A stretch of 63,642 nt of DNA, counting the filler, from Octopus bimaculoides (lineage: Eukaryota): NCBI RefSeq assembly GCF_001194135.2. It is 6 parts of 4 records of this genome, joined end to end, with 100 filler letters (N's around TTAATTAATTAA, not from the genome) between each part and the next. Parts side by side here need not be neighbours in the genome. Positions count along the whole stretch, not along the records: positions 40,026 to 53,344 come from NC_068985.1; positions 53,445 to 59,570 come from NC_068982.1; positions 59,671 to 63,642 come from NC_068986.1; 3 more parts are not named here. The stretch is one strand, 5' to 3'. The position numbers were made by a program, and so were the translations under genes. The notes under the pieces were generated by a model. The model was not told the DNA's origin and ran no database searches. It saw only the letters and a program-made list of their open reading frames with translations. Below are positions 49,158 to 62,407 of the stretch, in pieces. Every line of letters begins with the position of its first letter. The first letter of the stretch is position 1.

Positions 49158-51019
49158 TCTTATTTCTCTAGGAACAGACATAAACTTCCTGTTGACAANN
49201 NNNNNNNNNNNNNNNNNNNNNNNNNNNNNNNNNNNNNNNNNNNNNNNNNNNNNNNNNNNNNNNNNNNNNNNNNNNNNNNNNNNNNNNNNNNNNNNNNNNN
49301 NNNNNNNNNNNNNNNNNNNNNNNNNNNNNNNNNNNNNNNNNNNNNNNNNNNNNNNNNNNNNNNNNNNNNNNNNNNNNNNNNNNNNNNNNNNNNNNNNNNN
49401 NNNNNNNNNNNNNNNNNNNNNNNNNNNNNNNNNNNNNNNNNNNNNNNNNNNNNNNNNNNNNNNNNNNNNNNNNNNNNNNNNNNNNNNNNNNNNNNNNNNN
49501 NNNNNNNNNNNNNNNNNNNNNNNNNNNNNNNNNNNNNNNNNNNNNNNNNNNNNNNNNNNNNNNNNNNNNNNNNNNNNNNNNNNNNNNNNNNNNNNNNNNN
49601 NNNNNNNNNNNNNNNNNNNNNGGTAGAAATCTAAATTAAAATATGCTTTCAGTTTAGCATTCTGCCTTATTATTTCTCCACGTGCGGATAACACAACCCC
49701 ACTATTTACTGACATATATATATATATATATATATAAATTAGGAGTGGGCTCCTAGAACCATGATACTCTTGGATAACTTCCCTTTGTGCCCATTCCTTT
49801 GACTGCATGATTGACATGGGTGTATTGGCTCAAATGGTTGCAACAAAATGAACTGTGCTAAGGACATCCATAGGCCAAGTGTTGGTATTAATCTAGACAA
49901 CAGATCGAGAATAACATCTAATGTTTAGGTCAATATGATGCTGAAGGTCTGAAGCCCTTATTAGATGTGTTCTACCCAAAGTACTACAACCATTTGACAT
50001 TGCACCATTACCAAAGTACATAAGTATTTGTTTCAACCATCTGTTTGATTATATTTTCCACTTCAACACCAGATTTGAGCAGTCAACCATAAAGAAAGCA
50101 TTCACTTGTAAAAACCTGTTTCTCTAACAATATCCTCTACAATGAGAATATTTTATACTTCAGTTATCAAATCATCAATGGTGATGGGGGTTATTTCCAG
50201 TTTCTACCCCTTGCAGTGGAAGAAAGCCAATGCTTCCTCTGGATATGATGCTCATCTGTCACCGGTAATACTATTTTCTGATGCAGGAATTGAACTGAGA
50301 CTAACAAACCAATAGCTCTCTACTGTTGCTGTTTGTTGTGTTAAATTATGTCACCCATTGTACCTACTTACAATTATTCATATTCCTGTGGAATTCTCAA
50401 TGCTGTTGCATGATCTACTATACCTGATAGCATAACTATAGATCATGGTCTGTCTAAAAGACGTGGGCTGTCCAGTGTATCTTTTCAGACTGTGGTCTGT
50501 CTATTTATTGGAGGATTACATGCTCTGTTTTATTAAATTGCCATCAAACCAGTATAGTGTATGTAGTGGACATCATCCAGCTGTGGTCTGTCTAAATATT
50601 GACTAAATTTGGTCTATCAAGTGAACATCTCCTAACTGTTAGTCTAATTTTCAGACAGCAACTATCTGTCATCTACTCATTGAACATTCACATATTGTTG
50701 TCAATGTATTGGCTTCATAAAGACTATTCTCTTTTTTATTGGACATCAACTTTGATCTATCTATTGGCTGTGTTCTATCTTTGGACATCGATTGTCTGTG
50801 GCCTGTATACTAAACATCAGTGAACGTGGTCAAAATATTGGATATCTGTTCACTGGCCTATTTGATTGACACTAGTAACTGCCTATTTAACCAATGTCTA
50901 GTTATAGGTTACTTTTGAGGTCATTTAGTATACAATTACTAGGCATCTCTAACTTACTGAAATCTATAGACTTGTATGTATACCAACAATATGCACTCAT
51001 TATATTTCCCTAATGAAAG

Positions 51020-51660
51020 TTCTTCTGATCATAACAGAGGAGTTGAGATTGGCTGTCTAAAAGAACCTCTGTATGCTGGTGGCTTAGGTCACATTGCTGA
51101 ATGTGGCAAAAAGTTAGAGAAGAAATTCTAAAAGAGGAAACAAAATCTACTCAAGGGATCTTATAAACTTAGCAAAGACACATACTTTTAGTTAACAGAA
51201 AATATGATATAACTTTACTGCTGTCAAGGAAGTGAATTTCTACACTCTTCAGAAAAGGAGTGTGTATGAATTCTGATTTGTATACCTAATATAATTCTTG
51301 GCTGCACAAGAGATGAAATAGGATCACAGGCAGGTGTTGAAAAAGAAGGAATCTGGGAGTAGCAGATGTGCAGGAGTAGACAGCAAGAATATTTATGGTA
51401 TGAATTATTTGAAATAGTTATGGGGGGGCTCTGTCAGAAAAATTGATAGATTCTATTATGCAAGTAACCCCTCTGTAAATGAAGGGTAGATTGTATTGGT
51501 GCTTGTACATGATGCATAATATTAACACTATTGCATAATAGTTAAACAAGGGCACTAATAGATCGGTATAGCAGTGCTAAGTGAGCCAAGTGGGAAGAAA
51601 AAGTAGACCAAGAAACATTTGTGAAGAAATGGTGAAAACTGATATTAGGAGTTTGAACTG
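51020..51660 (+). mobile_element. Heavily decayed RTE-type LINE fragment (RT C-terminal part)
   Basis: ITEELRLAV*KNL(L)YAGGL (degenerate LLYADDL)..KLEKKF*KRKQNL, with many stops and frameshifts. Confidence 0.45.
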
Positions 51661-53307
51661 ATTCATATTTGTTCATAGAAACTGACAGATAGATAGATGT
51701 ATTTCTACATCCATTTTCCAATGCTAGTAGGGGTTAGACATGTATATCGTGATATACATACACCAATACCCATTGATTAAAACACGATTATAGTTATAGT
51801 TCACTAGGCAATATAATTTACACTAATAGATAAACCTTAATGTCCTCTACCATGATATTCTTCTAATCTTTGTACCGTTTCAAACCTCTGTTTTTTATAT
51901 TTTTTATTTTTTGCATTATTATTGTAGGTGCTATTATTTCTTATCACTATTATACTATATTACTAAGGTTGAAGTGTTCCCAATACTCTGTATTTTGAAT
52001 TTTAAAGTCCAACCCTACCTTTTTTCTCCCTCTTCTATATACTTTATAACCTTTTTCTTGTTGACATTTTCTAATTATTTATTCTTTTGGGTTTTATATG
52101 TTCTAATTAACTTTTCCACTTCCATCACCCTTTTATCCTCTAGATAAGTGTATGTACCAATATAATGGATAAGTTCCTATACTTAAGTTGTAATTCGCCT
52201 AAACTGACCACTCACCACAAGAATATCATATTTCAAGTTTACTCTAGCCTGACGCTATTTATTTATGACCCACCACTGGTCTAGGCAGATGCAGCTCGTA
52301 TATATCTATCTTTTACGACCTTTAAAATCTCTGTATCTATATTTATTTATCTTCTTTTTTTACCTTTAGATTTTTCTTCACCACCCTTCTCCAACCTATC
52401 TAAATAGCTTAGATGTATCTTACTTTACTATCCAGATTTTCTCTTATTGTTTCTTAGATTACCCTCCCCACCGATTTGACTCCTTTTATTTTTGTATGAA
52501 TATTTGTGTATTTTTCTTCTTAGTAATTATCACCAAACCAACATGGTGATAATTGTTAATTTCCAGTACCGCTACCTTAGTCTCCTTTAGAGAGACTTAG
52601 AAATATTAATATCTCTATTTCTTCTTAGTATTTTATATTCCTTATTTTATTTTATATTATTATTTTATTTTTTATTTTATTTTATATTGTTTCAACCACC
52701 AACTTCTTCCCTCTTTTGATGCTCTCCTTCTAGCTAATATAAGCTAGTATTGTTTATTTAACATTCACTCNNNNNNNNNNNNNNNNNNNNNNNNNNNNNN
52801 NNNNNNNNNNNNNNNNNNNNNNNNNNNNNNNNNNNNNNNNNNNNNNNNNNNNNNNNNNNNNNNNNNNNNNNNNNNNNNNNNNNNNNNNNNNNNNNNNNNN
52901 NNNNNNNNNNNNNNNNNNNNNNNNNNNNNNNNNNNNNNNNNNNTATATATATAGTAATATTAATAATAATTCGTGGATGCAATTTGTAAATATTTTAATG
53001 CATTGCTATGCATGTTTCCACCAATTACATGTTTCTTACGATCATAGTCTGTATTCCTGAGTTTATTACTGTACAGACTATAATATCCATGGACATCAGG
53101 TGGATCATATTCATGTGTTCATTTCCTCAGGTGATATGACATTGATGTTGGAAGCAATGAATGTACAACTGAAGGTTGTCTATCAATTTTGACGAATGAA
53201 AAGGTTGATTGGAGTATGTGGGCAGTTATGTGTGTATTTGGTAGGGAGGAGTAAAATAGGAGCTTTTATATGCCTATTCAAAATTGTTTCCTGTAAATGA
53301 ACATAAA

Positions 53308-53344
<37 letters not shown>

Positions 53345-54878
53345 NNNNNNNNNNNNNNNNNNNNNNNNNNNNNNNNNNNNNNNNNNNNTTAATTAATTAA
53401 NNNNNNNNNNNNNNNNNNNNNNNNNNNNNNNNNNNNNNNNNNNNCCTCTTAAAGAGTACAAAAATGTTCGAATCCCACCCCCGTTAGGGGGAGGGGCACA
53501 AAAATAGTCTAGAAAGACTATTCAGAGTTCACAAAATAAAATAAAATGTTTCAACAAAATGCCGCAATGGCCAGCAACTACAATAATTTTTGTAATTATT
53601 CCCCGGTAGAACCGGGAAATAAAATAGTTCAACAATTTTTCTACAATAATTTCTTCGTTCAACAGCAAAAAATCCAATAACAACAACAAAACGCTTACCA
53701 GGAGCCAGTAAAAACTACCTCTTCACTGTAGTGAGGGAAGCAAGCTTCTTACCACACAGCCACGCATACGCCTATATATATATATGTATGTGTGTGTGTG
53801 TGTTTGTGTGTGCGTGTGTGTGCATGTATATATACACATATATATTTTACTGGTATCTGGTAATATCACTGTTCGTTCTTATCTGCTTGTTGCTTTGATA
53901 TTACTTCTGTCTTGACTTCAATATTATATGATCAGTCATCTCTTTATATAACTGCTTTTGAATTCAGTTTTGTTCTCTATATTTCAATGTTTTTTTTCCT
54001 TGATGGTTGATGTGTTTTCCCGCCCATTATTCTGTGTTTTACTTTTATGCATCGTGTTCAAAGTTTGAAACGTATTCGTTATTACAATATAATGTGTATG
54101 TATCAGGTGTCAGAAAGTCTATTACGTATATATTTATATCATGTTTGTATTTGAATTTAAATATTTAATGTATCTTTAACGATTTATTTCGACAATGGCA
54201 CATTTTTATTTTTGTGTACAACTTTCTAATCACATCGTTGCTAACGTTTGCTTATCTACTCGTATAAATAATTAATTAGTTAGTTAGATGTATTATTTAG
54301 TTGTAAAACTTTGATAAGTCATAACTGAATTATATTAGGCTGATCACAGTAATTATACAACATCAAAGTTCTTATAATCTCGCAGAATTCAGATCTCTGG
54401 TTTATAATTTTTGCTATTTCTTTCCATTAGTAAGCAGTAACGAAATTCTATATCTAAGCGTTTCAGCAGAGCCTTGCATTTAGTCATGTGTGAAAATCAT
54501 CAATGTAGTTTATTTTCAATTTTTACTCACATTTGTGATAGTAAAAGAAGGCCCTTGCTTTCTCATGGTCGCATATAAAACTATTTGTTACTCTGAAGTA
54601 TACTGTGTATAGGTTATACTGATCTTTATTTTACAAGTAAGAATGGAGTATGGGTATTTTTGGTCCCTAGTTGACCTCATCGGTGAAATACATTCTAACT
54701 AAGCTTGTTCAGTTATGCTAGTAAGGGACGGAAATAAAAGGATATACAAGCAAATTGTCATTACAATCCCTTAAAAAACGAAATGGAGAAAGTGTCAAGA
54801 GATAAGGATCTCAAATTGAAATATACAAGATAAGGGACATGAAAGTTGAAACAGGACCAATAATACTTGAAGCACCGA

Positions 54879-55295
54879 AGGCGGCGAGCTGATAGAAACG
54901 TTAGCATGCCGGGCAAATTACTTAGCGGTATTTCATCTGTCTTTTATGTTCTGAGTTCAAATTCCGCCGAGGTCGATTTTGCATTTCACTTTTCGGGGTC
55001 GATAAATTAAGTACCACTTATGTACTGGGGTCGATCTAATCGACTGGCCCCTTTCCTCCCCAAAATTTCGGGCCTTGTGTCTAGTGTAGAAAAGAATCGT
55101 TAGTACGCTGGCTAAATGCTTAGCAGTATCTCGTCTGTCTTTACGTTCTGAGTTCAAATTCCGCCGAGGTCGACTTTGCCTTTCATCCTTTCGAGAGTCG
55201 ATAAATTAAGTACCAGTTACGCACTGAGGTCGATCTAATCGACTGGCCACCCTCCTCCTCAAAAATTTCAGACCTTGTGCCTAGAGTAGAAAAGG
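54879..55295 (+). mobile_element. Two tandem SINE family A copies
   Basis: gttctgagttcaaattccgccgaggtcga..ttaagtacca..gtcgatctaatcgactggcc..ccttgtg occurs twice. Confidence 0.9.
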
Positions 55296-56030
55296 ATATT
55301 ACTACATAAAAATGTGAACCACGAACTTGTACAAGTGGCAATTTAGTTAGACGTTATTACACAGTCCTTGTGGCATATATCGTATACGATCGTCGCACAA
55401 CGTCAAAACATATAACATCGACCTCATAGCATATAGGAAATGCAAACATTACCCAATACAAAAATAACACGAATCATATTACTTATGCATCATACAACAA
55501 ACGAAAGATGAAAATAATACTAGAGACAAAAAAAAAAAAAAAACGAAAATTCCAAACAATGTAGTATGGGAACGTATTTTTTCCCTCCATTATCAAAATA
55601 TCATATAATACTTCACACAACGCCGCAGTATGAAGGTGCACCTGGTGATTCAGCAGAAACTTAGGAAGTTGTTGAAAACCTAACAATGATGGCTTCTTAA
55701 GTTACATCCATACCTCATATTGGCTTCAAATTTTGGCACAAGGCCAGCAATTTCGTGGTGGGAAGTAAGTCGATTACACTGAGTTCAACAGGTACTTATT
55801 TTATCGACGCCACTATATGTATGTATGCATGTATGTATGCATGTATGTATTTATTTATTTAATAATTTAAATTCTTCTTCTGAAGAAGATGGTTTCTAAC
55901 AAAGATACACTGGTCCATCTTTGGAATGAAGATAACGAAAAAAANNNNNNNNNNTATCGATGTATGTATGTACGTATGTATGTATGTGTGTGTGTATGTA
56001 TTATGTATGCATGTATGTATGTATGTATGT

Positions 56031-56164
56031 CATTATTCAGTTTTCTTGCCAATAGAGATTTATTGCCAATGAAGATTTCTTGCCAATAGAGAAAGTGTTG
56101 GTTTCTAACCTTGATCCGAGGCTCCTTCATTGGAATTTCGACATCAACAACACGGTACCTTTTT
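56031..56164 (-). mobile_element. ~110-bp element E embedded in (ATGT)n, copy 1
   Basis: gatttcttgccaatagagaaag..ggtttctaacc..gatcc.aggctccttcattggaattt..acatcaacaac; internal triplication of ttgccaat. Confidence 0.75.
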
Positions 56165-56755
56165 ATATGTATGTATGTATATATGTAAGTACAGATTTGT
56201 ATGTTTTATGTATGTATTCTAATGCATATAGTTGCATATCTAGACATGTATGTATGTATATGTGCATGTGTGTTTCCGTGCACGCACATACATGTGTATG
56301 TATGCACATGCGCATGACACCACATGATCCACTTACCTAATATATACACAACTTTATGAATGTTCACACAAACTTAAAAAATATACACACACTTATAAGC
56401 ACACACAATCACAACACTGTAAAATGTTTGATGCGAAAATACGAAATAAATATGAGCAACTCCGCAACCAGTGCACATACATGCAGATACGAACTATCAA
56501 GTGTTGACACTTAAAATGTAAAATGCAGATGTGTATTTATCTGTACGGGTGTAGAAAATTCAAATCGAGTCTAATTTAATCGAAATTTGATGCAACGGTG
56601 ATAATAATTCAAAAGTTGCCCCCTCCTAGCGTATATTCGTTTCTTTAACCTAAATATTGTGTTATTCTACTGTGATCTGTAATTTTATCGTGTTTTCGTC
56701 CCAGATAGAGAAGAACGTCAATATTCCATGTAACAAGGTTGACAGTTATTGAGTG

Positions 56756-57036
56756 CAGGAGTGGCTGTGTGGTAAGAAGCTTGATTCCTAACCACATGGT
56801 TCCGGGTTCTGTCCCACTGCGCGGCACTTTGGGCAAGTGTCTTCTGCTATGTATGTATTTGTGTGTCGGTGTTTGTCCCCCCACTATCGTTTGACAACTG
56901 ATGTTGGTGTGCTTACGTTCCCGAAGGGACCGATAGAATACGTACTAGGCTAACAAAAAGTAAGTCCTGGGGTCGATTTGTTCGACTAAAGGTGGTGCTC
57001 CAGCATGGCCACAGTCAAATGACTGAAACAAGTAAA

Positions 57037-57040
<4 letters not shown>
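56756..57040 (+). mobile_element. SINE family B with internal deletion
   Basis: ggagtggctgtgtggtaagaagcttg..ccgggttctgtcccactgcgcggcactttgggcaagtgtcttct..ggtggtgctccagcatggcc. Confidence 0.9.
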
Positions 57041-57082
<42 letters not shown>

Positions 57083-57707
57083 AAGACATATATATATATA
57101 TATGTATAAGACGCCACATTTAGTTGGCNNNNNNNNNNNNNNNNNNNNNNNNNNNNNNNNNNNNNNNNNNNNNNNNNNNNNNNNNNNNNNNNNNNNNNNN
57201 NNNNNNNNNNNNNNNNNNNNNNNNNNNNNNNNNNNNNNNNNNNNNNNNNNNNNNNNNNNNNNNNNNNNNNNNNNNNNNNNNNNNNNNNNNNNNNNNNNNN
57301 NNNNNNNNNNNNNNNNNNNNNNNNNNNNNNNNNNNNNNNNNNNNNNNNNNNNNNNNNNNNNNNNNNNNNNNNNNNNNNNNNNNNNNNNNNNNNNNNNNNN
57401 NNNNNNNNNNNNNNNNNNNNNNNNNNNNNNNNNNNNNNNNNNNNNNNNNNNNNNNNNNNNNNNNNNNNNNNNNNNNNNNNNNNNNNNNNNNNNNNNNNNN
57501 NNNNNNNNNNNNNNNNNNNNNNNNNNNNNNNNNNNNNNNNNNNNNNNNNNNNNNNNNNNNNNNNNNNNNNNNNNNNNNNNNNNNNNNNNNNNNNNNNNNN
57601 NNNNNNNNNNNNNNNNNNNNNNNNNNNNNNNNNNNNNNNNNNNNNNNNNNNNNNNNNNNNNNNNNNNNNNNNNNNNNNNNNNNNNNATATATATATATAT
57701 ATATATA

Positions 57708-57790
57708 TATTGGGTTGTCAGGAAAGTTCGTGCCGATTTTTAAAGGAACTTGCCATTACGTTTTTAATAAACCAAATATGAACCATTTTG
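57708..57790 (+). mobile_element. Mariner-like TIR fragment
   Basis: TA-TTGGGTTGTCAGGAAAGTTCGTGCCGATTT following (TA)n. Confidence 0.45.
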
Positions 57791-57810
57791 TTGCACAATG
57801 CATATATATG

Positions 57811-57844
<34 letters not shown>

Positions 57845-58373
57845 TGTATGTATGTATGTATGTATGTATGTATATAATGTATATACACTCGCACTTTTTG
57901 TTCAAGTGATGCTGTCAATGAAAGGAAAATTATAAATTTCTTCAAAAGATTTTTTCTTATAGAAAGGTGTGAAAAATATTGTTATCATCGTTAACCAGAC
58001 AGAAACAAATTTAATATCTTCAACAAAAGAAGCAGCGGTAACAGTATCAGCAGCAGTAGAACAACATGAAAAGTATAAACAGCAAGTACAAGCCACTTCA
58101 AGATGAGTTTGAAGGAATGTGAACAGCTAAGAGAGTAACTGCTATCCCAGACGTTGAGCCCGCTTTGCACACGTCAGCGAATTTACTATTTGGTTTTCTA
58201 ATATAAGAACGATAGTTCGTAAGTGGGCTATGAAGAAGTTTTGTGTCAGTTACTGAGGAGGCGTAGCAATGTAGAAACACGTGTTTACAACCGATGTCTC
58301 CACTTATAACCAAGCGTAGTGTATTTTTGTTATTGCTGTTGCAATAATTTGTTGTTTCTGTTATTTCTGCTAC

Positions 58374-58406
58374 ATGGCGGTCGTTCATATTGTTGGTCAG
58401 CTTCGT
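58374..58406 (+). CDS. Candidate first coding exon MAVVHIVGQLR in a CpG-rich island
   Basis: ACATGGCG start context, 33 nt, consensus donor GTAAGT at 58407 (phase 0); read-through hits a stop after 8 more codons. Confidence 0.5.
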
Positions 58407-58648
58407 GTAAGTCTTGTTGGAGAATACCTATGAGCGGAAGCGTTCTATCCGTGACCATCCAACTTTTATAGTAGTAGTATGTTGTCGATAAGGACACTTT
58501 TCGCGGCGGACGTCTTTCTATGTTTGAGTGTACAGTTGTATTTCAATCGCGTTTTGTTTGTGGACGATTTTCGACTCTTCTCAAGGAATGAAAACTAGAT
58601 TGATTATTAATATAAAAGTATTTATTCCTTGATGTAGTAAAAGACACT

Positions 58649-58681
<33 letters not shown>

Positions 58682-59184
58682 ACACACACACACAATGGAG
58701 TTCAAAATAAAGTATGGTGTACTTATAAAAAGAAGAAAGATTATGTCATAGAGCGAGGTAATGTTACTTGGCGGGGAAAGTAATTAAGGCCATTGAGAAG
58801 AATGGCATACAAGTCTATAGGAATATTGCCATAAGTCTACAAGATCAAGGAGATTGAAATGAAGGAATTATTTGGAAGAAGATATTAGAGAAGATTTAAA
58901 TTAGTGTTAAAGACTAAATTAAATTGAAGAAACATGATATTAGCAATAAACACTTGGGTGGTATAAGTAATGAGGTATGAGATACGAGACATGAGACATG
59001 GGTACTAAAATGCGATATGAATGAAGACCAGAAGCTAGAAAGATGGATACGGAAACATACACACACACACACATACATACACACATTTACGCACATACAT
59101 AATATACACACATGTATATGTATAAATAAGTCATACATAGATACATGTTATGTTATATATCATGTATATATATATGCAAGCGTA

Positions 59185-59560
59185 GGTGTGGTTGTGATAA
59201 GAAGTTTGCTTCCCGACCACATGGTTCCGGGTTCAGTCCTGTTTCGTGGCACCTTGGGCAGGTGTCTTCTACTATAGCCTCGTGCCGACCAACGCCATGT
59301 GAGTGGTTTTGGCAGACGGAAACTGAAAGAAGCATGTCGTATATACATCTATGCGTGTGTCTCTGTGCTTGTGTTTATCCCCGCCACACCGCTTGACAAT
59401 CTCCGTAACGCAGCAGTTCGTCAAAAGAGAACCGATAGAATCTGTAGCAGGTTTTTAAAAAAAGTTCTGGGGTTGATACATTCACCTATGATAAAAATTC
59501 TTCAAGGCGGTCTCCCAGCATAGTCACAATCCCAATGATTGAAATAAGTAAAGAATGAAG
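59185..59560 (+). mobile_element. SINE family B, degenerate full length
   Basis: ccacatggttccgggttcagtcc..ggcaccttgggcaggtgtcttctactatagcctc..gacggaaactgaaagaagc. Confidence 0.85.
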
Positions 59561-59916
59561 GATATATATANNNNNNNNNNNNNNNNNNNNNNNNNNNNNN
59601 NNNNNNNNNNNNNNTTAATTAATTAANNNNNNNNNNNNNNNNNNNNNNNNNNNNNNNNNNNNNNNNNNNNAATGGAGACCGTACATCACGAAGTTCGTGA
59701 TGATTTGAGGGGCAGCAATTACTGTCGAACATTAATGTCTTCTCCACCCCTATTACAATAGATACGGATGGATTACATTAGGGTCAACTTATACGACAAG
59801 GGTTTGATACTAGACTAACGGCGGAACAAATTGCCTGGATTCCGATATGTCAGATATATTGACGGACAGACAAACACACACACACACACACACACACTCA
59901 CACAGACAGACATATG

Positions 59917-60205
59917 TGGCGCATGGCTAAGTAGTTAAGGTGTTACGCTAATGATCGTGGTTGCAGTTTCAGTTCCTGGATGGGAAGGTGTGTTGCATTC
60001 TGAGCAAAACACTTCATCTGGCGTTGCTCTGCGATTCTTCGACCCCTTACATGTGGTACACTGCACACCTTTCCTGGCGATGTCGATTGGATGGACGGAG
60101 AGAGCTAATGTACAACGCTATGAACAAATGACTTTGTACAATTGTGCTGGGTGGTCAGCAATAAATTGCAGTAGTCTTTGTTGGGCTGCAGGAAATTAGC
60201 ATCAT
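59917..60205 (+). mobile_element. tRNA-derived SINE, distinct family D
   Basis: tggcgcatggctaagtagttaagg (A-box-like), gtttcagttcc, CORE-like ctgagcaaaacacttcatct. Confidence 0.55.
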
Positions 60206-60235
60206 GTATGTATGTATGTATCTATATATGTATGT

Positions 60236-60598
60236 CATTGTTTAGTTTTATTTCAAGATTTCTTGTCAATAGAGAAAGAACCGGTTTCTAACATAGATCC
60301 AAGGCTCCTTCATTGGAATTTCAACATCAACAACAGGGCATTTTTGTTTGTTTGTACATATGTATGTATGTATATATGTTTGTATGTATGTATGCTTTAT
60401 GTATGTATGTATGTATGTATGTATCTGTATATATGTATGTATGTTTGTATGTATGTATGTTTGTATGTATGTATGCATGTATGTATGCTGTTATACAGTT
60501 TAATTACAAGATTTCTTGCCAATAGAGAAAGTGCTGGTTTCTAACCTAGATCCAAGGCTCCTTCATTGGAATTTCAACATCAACAACAAGGTATTTTT
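60236..60598 (-). mobile_element. Element E copies 2 (60236-60345) and 3 (60488-60598), separated and flanked by (ATGT)n
   Basis: Near-identical ccaaggctccttcattggaatttcaacatcaacaac in both copies. Confidence 0.8.
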
Positions 60599-60717
60599 GT
60601 ATGAATGTATGTATGTATTCATGTATGTATGCGTGTGTGTGTATGTATGTTTATGTTGAAGCGCATCATGGCTTCTTAGCGTGTTGGTATTCATGATCGA
60701 AAGATTATGGGTGGGGT

Positions 60718-60766
60718 GATAGATAGATAGATAGACAGACAGACACACAGACACACAGACAGACAC

Positions 60767-60816
<50 letters not shown>
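60718..60816. repeat. (AGAT)n/(AGAC)n microsatellite
   Basis: Direct reading. Confidence 0.95.
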
Positions 60817-61218
60817 CCTAGGATGGAGGTGCAGGAAGAAAGTGACCTTCAAGCAATCCGTAGAAAATATTAAAAATCCCTAATCTGGGATAAGTGGGTG
60901 CAGTGACTGTGCAGTTTCTGATATTTGTCGGTGAGCGGTCACGGACTGGAAAATAATTGTTTTATAATACGAATCTTAGTTCATCTACGAACAAGTTTTT
61001 CTTTGCGTTCAATTAACTCAATTTGCCTGAAGCCATTATGGAATCGAACTGATTCCGTAGTCGCGTGGAATATCAAATGATACAATAATTGCACTTTCAC
61101 TCACTGTTTTGGTAACGAAATATACCTAGATTCTCTCGAATAAAGCTTTGCGTATGTTTTAATCGGGACTTCAATAATATAGCGAAGAAATTAATTAGTC
61201 CATGCTGGACTGCTATAT

Positions 61219-61618
61219 TCAGTTTTCATTTCAAATCTCGGCAGACATATTTGGTTTTAAAGTTTTTACAAACATCACTTTTTACAAACATCACTTTTTA
61301 CTTTATTTTGGTGTATTTGGAGTCGGCTGTAGAATTTGCGAGTTTTGCGCCTGTGCTGTCATGGGCATTGCAAGCTTTCGCAACAACCAGGACCACGGTG
61401 CCCTGCTTGCAGCCGGCCGATAGCTTGTTCTCCCTGCTCTGCTAACAATCGGGTCATACCTGATGCGTCCAAATTACGAATTCCAGGAACGATGTTCAAG
61501 TTGATTTTTACACTAATAACCTCCACGAGATGCACGCGCATTTCGGTTTTCATGACAATTGTTTGCGACTGCCAACCATGGCATTCAACTCAGCTGTGTT
61601 TTGGTTTCTCGTTTGAGG
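61219..61618 (+). other. Candidate first (largely 5' UTR) exon in a GC/CpG-rich island
   Basis: Inr-like TCAGTT at 61219, strong donor GAGG|GTAAGT at 61619, several short ATG ORFs, no recognisable protein. Confidence 0.35.
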
Positions 61619-62143
61619 GTAAGTTGAAAGGTTACCTGCAATTTCAGTCTCAGCCATAAATCAGCATGTCTTGGAATATTTACACTTACTTCCCCGAAAT
61701 TAATTTCCAGAATTTATCATATAAAAATGACATTTGAAAAAATCGCGTTTCTTTTGCGGTTCAGTGTAGTTTAGCGCATCTTTATAATTTTTTGTCCTCT
61801 ATATTGAGTTGGTCTATTAAATATATCCCACGTTTTTATTGTTTTGCTTTTTGTTAACTGCTAATATTTTGTGCAATGTAGTACCTGGTTCATTTGATTA
61901 ATAATCGCTGTGAACAATGTAACCTATAATAAAGAACACTTTTATGCAAAGTCAAACGTTGCAAATTGTAAAGTTTTTTTAAGATACTTAAAAAGCAAAA
62001 CACTCGTTTTCCATGAATAACTGGAAGAGTGCAAACCGGTGGGTGTTAAACGTGTAAAAAATATTAGTATATCTAAAGGGGGTATAACAATTATTATTTG
62101 TTGTTTAATATAACTAAAAGGAATAGAATTGGTTCAACTACAG

Positions 62144-62221
<78 letters not shown>

Positions 62222-62341
62222 NNNNNNNNNNNNNNNNNNNNNNNNNNNNNNNNNNNNNNNNNNNNNNNNNNNNNNNNNNNNNNNNNNNNNNNNNNNNNNN
62301 NNNNNNNNNNNNNNNNNNNNNNNNNNNNNNNNNNNNNNNNN

Positions 62342-62407
<66 letters not shown>

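Noticed and set aside
49800-50300. Possible decayed LINE RT C-terminus on the minus strand
   Set aside because: Only scattered residues fit; too degraded to assign.
23596-59626. Five exact TTAATTAATTAA palindromes as a biological motif or spaced array
   Set aside because: Each is centred in a 100-bp N44/12/N44 block, an assembler linker. Order and orientation across these joins are less certain.
797-59990. tRNA genes suggested by A/B boxes
   Set aside because: All run into SINE bodies; no complete cloverleaf seen.
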